Positions 54,732-64,000 of a stretch of 64,000 bases of DNA are shown here, piece after piece. This stretch comes from Thecamonas trahens ATCC 50062. Lineage: Eukaryota; Protista; Apusomonadida. Location of the stretch: contig NW_013657663.1 of NCBI RefSeq assembly GCF_000142905.1, forward strand, positions 186,001 through 250,000, given 5' to 3'. Position 1 is the stretch's first letter. Each line of letters starts with the position of its first letter. Under the pieces are notes generated by a model. It was not told the DNA's origin. It saw only the letters and a program-made list of their open reading frames with translations, and searched no databases. Position numbers and translations under genes: made by a program.

Positions 54732-57700
54732 ATGGCCCATCCCCACTCTGTAGCTCCACAGCTGACGGTCTCGGTTGTGTGGCAGGATGTTGATGAAGCG
54801 CAGCGGCTGCAGCAGAGTGTGGGGCGTGCAGTTGGCGGTGCTCGCCGGAGAGGCCGGAGTGAGCCTCGCGACAGAACAGAGAGCGCTTCTTCGAGCAGGA
54901 GTGGAACAGGCAGCCGAAGCAGCCGAAGCAGCCGAAGCAGGAGCAGGAGCAGGAGCAAGAGCAGGAGCAGGAGCAGGAGCAGGAGCAGCATAAGCAGTGG
55001 TGGCAGCTTGGGATGCGGACGCAACGCTCACCGGGCGACGACACTGTTGCCGCAGGGCTCGGCGGCGGCGCCACTGCTGGCAGCTGCCGACGAGGCTATC
55101 GAGTTGGAAGGCAGCCGAACGGCGAACGAGCTCTCGCCGCGATATGCCTCGCTGCACGGCTTTGCCGAGCATCAGGAGGCAGTGACTCGGCATGTGTCTC
55201 GTGCACTGCGCGGCGAGTCGGGGAGCGAGTCGTGGGAGAGTGAGAGTGAGTCAGACGGCCGATCGGCGGCAAGCGGCTGGTCGGGAGCAGACGAGGTGCC
55301 TGGCCCGGCTGACGGGCTCACCGTCTCGATGTCGGCAACGGTCACATACTCGGGCGATGCCGAGGCAACAGTGACCGAGCTTGCTCCTCCCCACAAGATC
55401 ATGACAGGCTCGGATGGCCGTGTCGGTACAGCACCATCAAGTCGGCAGGGTGGCGACGGACGGATCCGGTTCGAGGTGGTGTGTAAGGACCTGGCCGTCA
55501 TCCCGTTCTCGGACCTGACTATTGGGCCGCTGCTTGGACAGGGTGGGTGCGGGACGGTGTACAAGGCGACGTGGCAGCACGCGCCTGTGGCAGTCAAGTT
55601 CCTCTCCAAGGCGCATTCAGTCTCGGTCATCCAGCAGTTCCTGGCCGAGATCTCGATCCTCTCCGAGAAGCGGCACCCCAACATTGTGTACTACATCGGC
55701 ATGTGTCCGGAAGAGGAGCACGTTGCGCTTATTACCGAGTTTATGCCCGGCGGTGATCTGGCGACACTCATCCACTCCTCGGGCCTCTACCTCGACCTCT
55801 CGCATCGGATCCAGCTCTTGATGGACGTGGCCCGGGCGCTGGCGTACCTGCACGCTGACGAGAAGCCGCACCGCGACATCAAGCCAGCCAACATTCTGCT
55901 CTCGCAAGACTACTCAATGGCCAAGCTCGGCGACATGGGGCTGACCGGCGCCAAGACCGGCAAGTACGCCGGCTTTGGCACCCGGCTGTACATGGCGCCC
56001 GAGGTCCTGCTTGGCGCCGAGTCGGACGAAACGTCCGACATGTACTCGTTTGGCGTTGTCATGTACGAGGTCCTCACCGGCCGCCGGCCGTTTCACGACA
56101 CTGGCTACGTCGGGGCCGACGGCCTTGCCCGCTCCGCAGCGGACGATCCAAGTCCAAGTCCAAGTCCAAGTCCAAGACTCGCACGAGAACAGCGAGCCCG
56201 ACCGGGACCGGGACCGAGCTGCGGCCGCGGACCCGGCGTCGGACCGGTGGACCACCCCGATCGCGCCGGGCCAACGTGTATCAGATGCCCGGACGCATCC
56301 CAGCATCGCTGCCGCCACGGCTGGCCGAGGCACTCCGAGCGTGCCTCGATCCCGAACGAATGCGACGGCCGACGGCCAACGCGGTGCTGGAGGCGCTGAG
56401 CGCTGCGCAAGAGATGGAGACCTCACAGCTCGAGTCACAGCTTGAGGCGCGCCTGCAAGCTGCGGCGGCAATCCGGCTGCAGGCCGCGTGGCGCGGGCGC
56501 CGCGAGCGCCAGGTCCTGCATGCCCGTGGTATCCCAGTCAAGAACGTCCAGCGTGCACCTGGAGCACTCGCCATCCCGTCGTCGCTCCCGTACGTCGAGG
56601 ACCATTACCTCTCTGGCTCGACGCTCCGGATCCTGGACATGCGACTCGACTTGCTCATCTCACGAATGACGCAGCCGTTTGCGTCGGACGCCGATCTTGT
56701 CCACACAGTCCTCTTCACCCACCCATGCTTCCTGCCTGCGCCATCGCTCGTCGATGTACTTATTTTGCGGTTCTCGGCGCCGGTGGCGTACCCTTCCCCG
56801 GAGCGCGAGGCGCACTACGCCGATGCAGTCCTGCCCAAGCTTCGGCTCCAGGTTCTTGCGCTACTCAAAGTGTGGATCCTCGAGTACCCGTCGGGGCTAG
56901 GTGAGGACATGGACGCGGCGACCAAGCTCTTTGGCTTTCTCACGGACATAGTGGCCGGCGAGTGTGGCGGCGAGAGGCGACGTGGTGGTGGGAGCGTGCG
57001 CCCATCGACGCTCGATGTCCTCCAACGTGCGCGGCAAGCGGCGCTCTCGCCCAATGCGTCGAGCTCAAGCCTCGACAATAGTGGCGTGTTCTCGGGACTC
57101 GACGACGACCGTGGCACCGGTGGGCCGAGCGAGGTCGGGCACGCAGTCCAACTGGCTGCCATCGAGCTGCTGGACCTGCTCCGGGCGCACCAGGCCGGCT
57201 ACCTTTCGCAGTATACGTTCTCACTGCACTCGTTCGAGGTAGCGTCGCGGGCACCGGCAGTCATCGGGTGCATCCACAAGCCGCGCTCGCTGCTCGACAT
57301 CCACCACCTCGAGGTGGCGCGGCAGCTCACGCTGCTGCAGTACCACTACTACTTCCAGATCCGACCGGCTGAGCTGATGGACGCGGCATGGAAGTCGCGG
57401 AGCGCGTCGTTCCGGGCGCCACACGTTGTCTCTGTCCTCAAGTGCACCGAGGACATCGAGCGGCTCTTCCAGTCCGAAGTGCTCTCGCTCGACGACGCCG
57501 AGTCACGGGCGCACGCGTTTTGTCATGCGCTCGACGTGGCCGACGCATGCTTGGACATGGCTAGCTTTTCGGTCGCACTGTGTGTGGTGCGGGCGCTGAC
57601 ATCGCCGCCGATCGCGCGGCTGCGGCAGACGCTGGCACGAGTGCCTGGGCGGTACCGTGAGCGGCTGGCGCGATTCGAGGCGCTGTTTCTGGTCAAGGCT

Positions 57701-59185
57701 GCAGCCGAGTACCACTCTATGCTTCAGCACACCAAGCCGCCATTCCTGCCTGCCCTCCCGATCCACCTTGGTGAGCTGAGCCTCCTGCATGACAAGATGG
57801 AGACTGTTCAGCGGCGTAGGTTTGTCAATGTGGCCAAGATGGAGGCGTACACGGCGACGATCTCGTCGATTCTCCGGTTCCGAACTCAGCGGTTCTTGTT
57901 CCGACCCAACATGATGGTGGCGCAGTTTCTAGAGGGCGCGCCCAAGTGGGAGCCAGAGCGGTGCCACGCGATTTCGCAGGCGCTGGAGGCCGACGGGGCA
58001 AGCGGTGGCGAGGTAGTGTGTGTGGAGCATGCGCCTCGGCCGATGCCATTTGTGCAGCCGCTGCTGGAGGGACTGGACGAGCCGCGGTTCCTGGCGCGGT
58101 TGTTCCAGGTCATGACCGTCGAACACTTTGACGACGGCGATCGGATTGTGGCCGAAGGCGAGGTTGGCGAGTCGATGATGTTCATCAACCGCGGACAAGT
58201 GCGGGTCACTTTCTCGAGCGGAGCGGCGGAAAAGGTGCTGCAAGAGGGCGACTTTTTCGGCGAGGTGGCGCTCTTCCTCCGCGTTCGCCGCTCGGCCTCG
58301 GTCTTTGCGGTCAGCTCTGTCGAGCTGCTGGTGCTCTCTGCAGAGCGGGCGAACGAGCTCAGGGCCGAGTTTCCGGTCATGGACACGTACTTTGGCAAGC
58401 TATCGCAACAGCGGATGGCGGCGCGGCTCGGCGCCGATGTCCTGGCGTCGAGCTCGGGCGGCGGTGGCTCGACGCGCGAGACAAGCTGGATGTCGCGGCT
58501 GGCGACTAAGATCATGCAGGAGGCCCACGACGTCCGGGTTCCGCCCGAGTTTGTGCGTGCGTTGCAGGCACGGCTCGTCTCGCGGCGGTTTCCCGACGGC
58601 GAGCATGTCATTGTGGTGGGCGACACCGCGCGGTCGATGTACTTTGTGGTGGAGGGCGCGGTCGAGTTTGAAATGGGCGACGGACGGATGTTTCTGTCTG
58701 ACGAGCGTGCGTTCTTTGGCGAGCTCGCGCTCTTCCTTGACCAACCGCGCTCGGCCTCCGTCCGGGCCGTCGGCGACGTCGAGGCACTCGAGCTGACGCT
58801 GGAGGATACCGAGGCAGTCATGGCGCTGTATCCCAAGATGCGGCGGCAATTTGTTCAGGTCTCGCAGCTGCGAGTCTCGACCGGCTCGCGGTTCCGGCCA
58901 CCACAGTGGATCCGCGACGTCGCCGCCGCGCTACGGCGCAACTACCTCCTCACTTCGGCCCACCCGTCGAGCGCAGCGTTGGCGGCCGCCACTTCGGCAT
59001 CGGCAGCGCTCGTCGCAACAACGTCGGCTGAAGCAGTGAGCGGAGCTGGGCCATCAAGTGTGGCCGAGCGACGGCGGCAGCAGCTGAGCCGGTCGAGCAG
59101 CGGGCGCGGGCGATCAAACTCACTCTCGGCGCCGTTTCTTGTCGACGAGCAGCTCTCTGCTACCGATCGCATGGCACCCGTCTAG
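54732..59185 (+). CDS. TKL kinase-IQ-RasGEF(REM+CDC25)-tandem cNMP-binding protein; apparent 1-nt frameshift at ~56130
   Basis: ORF 54732 has GQGGCGTVY, VAVK, HPNIV, HRDIKPANILL, DMG, YMAPE and SDMYSFGV. ORF 56276 supplies kinase subdomain XI (CLDPERMRRPT), IQ (IRLQAAWRGRRER), REM (VLALLKVWI), CDC25 (EVARQLTLL, PPFLP, FVNVAKM) and two CNB domains (FGE.AL...RSASV). Confidence 0.85.
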
Positions 59186-59448
59186 CGGCTTTGTGTGTCC
59201 GCGTGAGGGCAGAATGTGCCTCAGAGTACACGTGAGACATCATTGTAGAAGACTCATCGGCAAGTACCACACAGGAAGGGGCTGGCAGTGGAGGTGGAAG
59301 GGAGAGAGGAGGGCGAGCAAGGCGCCGCGCAATAAAAAAACCTGTCAGTCGCTGCGTTGCTGTTGGCGTGCGAGTTCGGGCGAAACGGGCGGGCAGGCGC
59401 AGTAGTGGGGTCGGGGCCACCTGACTTGGACGTGAGAGAAGAACAAGG

Positions 59449-60372
59449 ATGCCGTACTGCAACACATGCGGCGAGGTGCTGTTTGCGGCGACGTGTAAGT
59501 GCGGCGGCAAGTCGACGCAGGGCTCGGCATACGGGCTAGAGGCGGCCGGTGGGATGAAGAACACCGACATGGTGACGGGCCAGCTGGCGGCGGCCGATGG
59601 CTACACGGGGCTGGAGGATGGCATCTACGCCATGATGGGCGAGGAGCGGCCACCGCCGCCGTCGCGGGGTATTGCAGAGGCCGCCGCAGCAGCAGGCAGT
59701 CGGTCTGAGGCTGTGCCGTGTACCGAGTGCGGCAAGATGGTGGAGGGCCAGGCGGTCAAGGCCGACGGCAAGGTGTACCACACCAACTGCTTCCGCTGCC
59801 TACTCTGCGCCGAGCGGTTGACATCGTCATACATTGTGCGCAACGGGCATCCGCACTGCAAGCCGTGCGCAGCGCGGACCAAGGCGCCGCCGGCATCGTC
59901 TTCGACTACGACAACCACCAGGACGGTGACCAAGACCACTACGCCCGGCGGCGCAAAGTCGACCGTCGGCGGCGTGGACGAGTTTGAGAGCAACCCGGAG
60001 TTCCGGGCCAAAGTCATGGCGACCGAGGCGTGCGCCAAGTGTGGAGTGCCTGTCGCCGGCGCTGCGCTTCGCCACGGAGGCGCTCTGTTTCACGCCGAGT
60101 GCTTCACCTGCGCCAAGTGCGATCAGCCGTTCTCGGACGGCTCGTACCGGGGCAGGGACGGCGCGGCGTACCACGTCGCGTGCTACAACGAGCTGTTTGG
60201 TGAAAAGTGTGCCGGATGCCAGGCTGCGCTCTCGGGCTCGTTTGTGCGGGTCGACGAGAAGCCGTACCACAAGGCGTGCTTCAAGTGTACCGGCTGCGCA
60301 CAGCCGATCTCCGGCGGCTTTGACCTTCGCGCCGACGGGCCCAAGTGCGCGTCATGCGCAACTCGGCGGTAG
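59449..60372 (+). CDS. Three-LIM-domain protein with N-terminal Cys ribbon
   Basis: Three C..C-x16-H..CF.C..C repeats; starts MPYCNTCG..CKCG. Confidence 0.9.
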   Translation: MPYCNTCGEVLFAATCKCGGKSTQGSAYGLEAAGGMKNTDMVTGQLAAADGYTGLEDGIYAMMGEERPPPPSRGIAEAAAAAGSRSEAVPCTECGKMVEGQAVKADGKVYHTNCFRCLLCAERLTSSYIVRNGHPHCKPCAARTKAPPASSSTTTTTRTVTKTTTPGGAKSTVGGVDEFESNPEFRAKVMATEACAKCGVPVAGAALRHGGALFHAECFTCAKCDQPFSDGSYRGRDGAAYHVACYNELFGEKCAGCQAALSGSFVRVDEKPYHKACFKCTGCAQPISGGFDLRADGPKCASCATRR

Positions 60373-60425
60373 GAGTGGGTCTCTCAGCGGGTGCTGCGAT
60401 AAAAATACATGGAAGGGCGGGGGGT

Positions 60426-61400
60426 TTACGGATCGGCGGTAAAGGCCACGTTTGCGATGGTCCGCATGGCATCAGTGGCCGAGAAGACGCCAACCGGAGT
60501 GCCGGCAGCATCGACGCACCACAGCCGGTGAACGTGGGCGGAAGCCATGTCCTGGCAGGCCTGGCCAAACGAAGTCGAGGCGCTGCAGACAACAGGTGGG
60601 CTCGGGTTTTTGACATGGGTAGCCAGAAAGTTGTGGATCGAGTCAAGGAGCAGCGGGTACGAGTCGAAGACCAGGCCGCGGAGGGTGGTGGCCGAGAGGT
60701 CGGCAACGAGCTTGCCCGAGGCATCGGTGACGGCGACTGCAGTCACGTTGTTGGCCTGCAGCCGCTTGAGCGCCGACCAGACAGAGTCGGACTCGGCGAC
60801 CACCACAAGGTTGTCCGTGTGGTCGAGGCCGAGGGCGGCGAGCTCCTGCTCGGCAAACTGGCCGAGGTGGCCGCGCTCGAGATGGTTGATGGAATCATCG
60901 CTGGCGATGCCGGTGAGGTGAGCGAGGATGTCCGACTGCGAGAGGAGCGAGACGACGGTGCCGTCCTCAGACACGACGGGGCAGCGATGGATGCCGAGTG
61001 CAAAGAGCGAGAGCGCGGTGGTGATCGGCTGGTGCTTGTGGAGCGGGACGTACGGGTCGCGGCCGGACGCGTCCATGATGTGCTCGACAGCGAGCATGCG
61101 GATGGCGCGCCGGAACATCTCGATGCGGTCGGCCTCGTCGGCAGCCATCTCGGCCTCGGACGGCGCAGCGGCCACAATGTGCGAGACGATGTCGAGCGAG
61201 TCGACGTGTCCGACGCACGCGCCGTCCTTGACCACTGGCAGCGAGGTGATGCCGTGGCTGGCCATCGACGTGACCACCTCATTGATGTCGTCGCTGGCGT
61301 CAGCAACAACCATGGTCAGGTCACGGTTGACATCTCCGACCGTGAGCGTGTGGAGGTACTCGTAGACAGGGTTGATAGTCGACGACACTGGAGGGCACAT
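60426..61400 (-). CDS. CBS-domain protein (AMPK-gamma/SDS23-like, four CBS repeats)
   Basis: ITSLPVV, IHRCPVV..LSQSDI, VTAVAV..G.LV..LS, VHRLWCVD..GVFSATD. Confidence 0.87.
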   Translation of the reverse strand: MCPPVSSTINPVYEYLHTLTVGDVNRDLTMVVADASDDINEVVTSMASHGITSLPVVKDGACVGHVDSLDIVSHIVAAAPSEAEMAADEADRIEMFRRAIRMLAVEHIMDASGRDPYVPLHKHQPITTALSLFALGIHRCPVVSEDGTVVSLLSQSDILAHLTGIASDDSINHLERGHLGQFAEQELAALGLDHTDNLVVVAESDSVWSALKRLQANNVTAVAVTDASGKLVADLSATTLRGLVFDSYPLLLDSIHNFLATHVKNPSPPVVCSASTSFGQACQDMASAHVHRLWCVDAAGTPVGVFSATDAMRTIANVAFTADP

Positions 61401-61664
61401 GGCAGCGCAGAGTGAGTCATAGCGGAGCGATGGGATGATGTAGGACCGAAAGATTACTGCAAGACACTGTCGTACTGTTGTAGGTGATGGGTTGGGTTGT
61501 TAGGATGGGTGGCGAGGCAAGGAAAGCGCTGGACAGCTCCAACCTGGCTCGCTTTTTGAATGTCGACACCGTGACGTGCCGGTGCCCGACGTGACCCGGC
61601 TGCCTGACCGCAGGGTCAGTCTGGGCCCAGTCGACATAGCCACTCCCGGCGGTGAGCTACGAGT

Positions 61665-62609
61665 CTACGGCTCGGACTTGGACGCTTTAGACGCCCGTAG
61701 CGCAGCCAGCCTCTGGCTCCACACGGTCGGCGCGTCCTCCATTGGGGTGTGCGGGATGCCGAGGGCGCGGCGGACGCGGGGAATGCGCAGCGTAACCGAC
61801 TGGGCGAGGCCGTAGCCCGACGAGAGCGCCCAGTACCAGGTGAGCCCGGCCGGCATGGAGACAAGCAGCGGGAAGGAGAAGATGGAGAGACCGCGGAGGA
61901 CGTTGGTGAGGATCTTGGCGGCGCCCTTGGCCTCGGCCGGCGCCGAAAGTGCCATAAACTCGAGATTGGCGAGATTGAGGATGACAATGGCGGTCGGGAG
62001 GAGGAGGAGCGGGTCCGGCGCAGCGAGATCGCCAAACCATGCAGTGCCGCCCGAAGCAAAGCCGGCCACGGGCGCGTCGGGCGTGGCGAGGCCGAGCGCA
62101 GGGAACGCCGCCATCGACCGGATGGTCAACGAGGCGGTGATCCAGACCGGGATTTGGAGCCAGGGGAGGAAGACATGCAACGGAACAGCGCGGCCGCCAG
62201 GCAGCGGTAGGCTAGGCGCTGCACCGTGCTTGGCCGCCGCAACCTTGGCCGCCGCCGCTGACGCCCGCGCCAGCTCGGCCTTGAACTCTTCAAAGGGCAG
62301 ACCGCGGCGCTTACACGCCGCGGCAGTAGCGATGAGCGTCGCCTGCGCGCCGGCCTTGGCCTCAGCAGCCGCGTTGACAGCGCGGGCTGTGAGCAAGTGC
62401 ATGGCGGTCGAGAGCGGCGCCGAGAGCGCAGCACGCGATGCAAGCGTTGCAGCTGCGAGGACCGCCCACCACGGCATGCCCGTGCTGGCGTGCACCGCTT
62501 CGAGCCCGCTGGCTAGCGCCGTGGTCGCCTCTGTCAGCAGTGTCCTTCTCGACGGCACGCTTGCCCATGGGGCGCAACTGCGTGCAGCCCGAGTTGCAAC
62601 ACGCAGCAT
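61665..62609 (-). CDS. COX18: Mitochondrial inner-membrane insertase COX18/Oxa1 family
   Basis: Presequence, HASTGMPWW, QIPVWI, GGTAWFGDLAAPDP, LTWYWALSS..QSVTL. Confidence 0.85.
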   Translation of the reverse strand: MLRVATRAARSCAPWASVPSRRTLLTEATTALASGLEAVHASTGMPWWAVLAAATLASRAALSAPLSTAMHLLTARAVNAAAEAKAGAQATLIATAAACKRRGLPFEEFKAELARASAAAAKVAAAKHGAAPSLPLPGGRAVPLHVFLPWLQIPVWITASLTIRSMAAFPALGLATPDAPVAGFASGGTAWFGDLAAPDPLLLLPTAIVILNLANLEFMALSAPAEAKGAAKILTNVLRGLSIFSFPLLVSMPAGLTWYWALSSGYGLAQSVTLRIPRVRRALGIPHTPMEDAPTVWSQRLAALRASKASKSEP

Positions 62610-63019
62610 GGTGCAGAGTGCGTGGGTGTGAGTGGACAGGGGTGGGGAGCGGGGAGGAGGGGAGGGGAGTGGGGAGAAGTGGTAGGGGTGTCAGCGAGTC
62701 GCCGGTGTGAGGGTAACCCATTTGGCGGAGGGCAGCGGGCGAGTGATGGCCGAAGACTTTCTCGTGGGGGAGATGGTGAACGCGAGCGAGGGCATCAAAG
62801 TATCCCGGTTGCGCAAGGCGCGTCTGTGCTAGTTGCAGGCGGGCGATGGTGTGGCCGCAGAACGAAACACACAATCCGCTCCTTTAGCTTAGCGTGCCCG
62901 CCATATGGTTCGCAGAGTCACTCTATGCGGGTACAGCAGATGTAGGGGAGCACAGGTGTGCCAAACCCATTTGACGACGACACGAACAACTTTGGCCCGC
63001 TCGCGGCCGATTCTGCCCG

Positions 63020-63152
63020 CGGTCAGTGTCACAGATCGAAAGTCGCGCTCCGCGAAAAACAAAAGTCAGAAATTTGTCCCCCCCGTCCTCTTCCATAGGA
63101 CGGGGGTGCTCAAGCGGAGCAGAGTGACTTTCGGAATCTAAGACACTGTCCG
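63020..63152 (+). ncRNA. Unidentified long imperfect RNA hairpin (putative structured RNA)
   Basis: Five nested complementary segments totalling ~40 bp (see findings). Confidence 0.4.
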
Positions 63153-63278
63153 ACCTAACAATGCTCGTGGCAGTCACCCAGATTTCCGACAATCTGTTTC
63201 CTTTTTAATTTGTAACGAACACGAACACACGACGATGGATGGCTCATGTTGTGACGACGGAGCTTTGCTGTGCAACAA

Positions 63279-64000
63279 CTACGACCGCGTCCGGGCGGCA
63301 ACGCCAAACCGCTGCATGACCTCAAACAGGAGCTCGGGATTGTGCTTGAGCTCGGCAAATGACGGCTGCTGGCGGACAACCGGGAGATGAGCAACCATAA
63401 AGTCGAGGCAGAGCCGCTTGAGGCCGTCGGAGTGGTAGAGATCGGCGAGCATGAGGAGAAACACGACATTAGGGACGGAGATCGCGGTCCGCAGCGTGTC
63501 GATGCATAGCGCCTTGAGCCGCGGGAGCGCGTACTGCTCGGCCAGCGGAATGAGTTGCGCCGCAAGCTCGAACTGCCCGCGGAGCTGGACATGGTCGGTG
63601 TACATAAACTCGAGGAGTGGCGCAAAGACGGTCGGCTCGACCTCGGGCAGCTCGACAACCGACTCGAGCGACTCGCGCATTGGATTGCGGAACATGAGCC
63701 GGAAGGTCTCGGAGCGGGCGCAGAGGATGAGCTTGTGAGCCGGGACTGCGACGCGGGAGGCGCCGACCCGAAAGGTGACATCGGCTAGCTCGGGGCAGTT
63801 GAGAAACGCGCGCAGGTCCGAGTCGAGCGACGGCGGCGGGACAACGATGGGCTCGAGCGCAAGCTCGAGCAGGTCATTGCGAAAGTGCTTTCGCTTCTTG
63901 ATCGAGTCGTTGGCGTAGCCACCAAAAACGACAATGCGGTCGTTGCAGACAACGGCCGAGGCAAAAGAGCGGGCGCGCGGCTGGATGCCGCGGCACTCGA
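63279..64000 (-). CDS. Kelch-repeat + BTB/POZ protein (LZTR1-like), 5' part beyond window
   Basis: PRARSFASAVV..IVVFGG (Kelch), then ADVTFRVG..AHKLILCARSETFRLMF..MRES..LLEFMYTD (BTB). Confidence 0.87.
   Translation of the reverse strand, partial: ECRGIQPRARSFASAVVCNDRIVVFGGYANDSIKKRKHFRNDLLELALEPIVVPPPSLDSDLRAFLNCPELADVTFRVGASRVAVPAHKLILCARSETFRLMFRNPMRESLESVVELPEVEPTVFAPLLEFMYTDHVQLRGQFELAAQLIPLAEQYALPRLKALCIDTLRTAISVPNVVFLLMLADLYHSDGLKRLCLDFMVAHLPVVRQQPSFAELKHNPELLFEVMQRFGVAARTRS

Noticed and set aside
56109-56139. 31-nt GT..AG mini-intron to repair the kinase-GEF frame
   Set aside because: Length mod 3 is 1, but joining the frames needs 2.
63024-63106. U7 snRNA, telomerase RNA or SECIS identity for the hairpin
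   Set aside because: Spacing is too long for U7, no telomeric template (CUAACCCU) is nearby, and the adjacent gene ends in TAG with no AUGA/GA core.
63102-63170. Resemblance to a TPP riboswitch (GGGGTGCT..GAGCAGAG) or SRP helix 8 (CGGAGCAG)
   Set aside because: Lacks the CUGAGA, ACCUGAU and AGGGA motifs of TPP and lacks the GNRA loop of SRP.
1-64000. tRNA, rRNA, transposase, reverse transcriptase or viral genes
   Set aside because: No recognisable signatures seen on either strand.

Overview
GC-rich, intron-poor, very gene-dense eukaryotic genomic DNA from a flagellated protist (draft assembly with four N-gaps; an apusomonad such as Thecamonas trahens is my best guess, by inference only). 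About 31 protein-coding genes are present. Recognisable ones include a CCDC162/DUF4549-like giant protein, an F-box coiled-coil protein, AP5S1, an RTN4IP1-like oxidoreductase, RPL11, class I aldolase, ChaC, G6P 1-epimerase, WDPCP/Fritz, two claudin-like proteins, kynurenine aminotransferase, DDB2, a formin, ATG4, PP2C, a myosin light chain, a choline transporter-like protein, a TPR protein, a CaaX cytochrome-b5 protein, a Nudix/DIPP hydrolase, DPH6, a TOM1-like VHS-GAT protein, a LIM protein, a CBS protein, COX18 and a Kelch-BTB protein. There is also a decayed SDR pseudogene. The most notable items are (1) a single TKL kinase-IQ-RasGEF-2x cNMP-binding signalling protein split only by a 1-nt frameshift, (2) an unexplained ~130-nt rod-like RNA hairpin at 63020-63152, (3) a structured RPL11 intron, (4) introns with ACTCAC branch points but no polypyrimidine tract, and (5) convergent genes whose stop codons abut or overlap. 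All family assignments come from motif recognition, not database searches.
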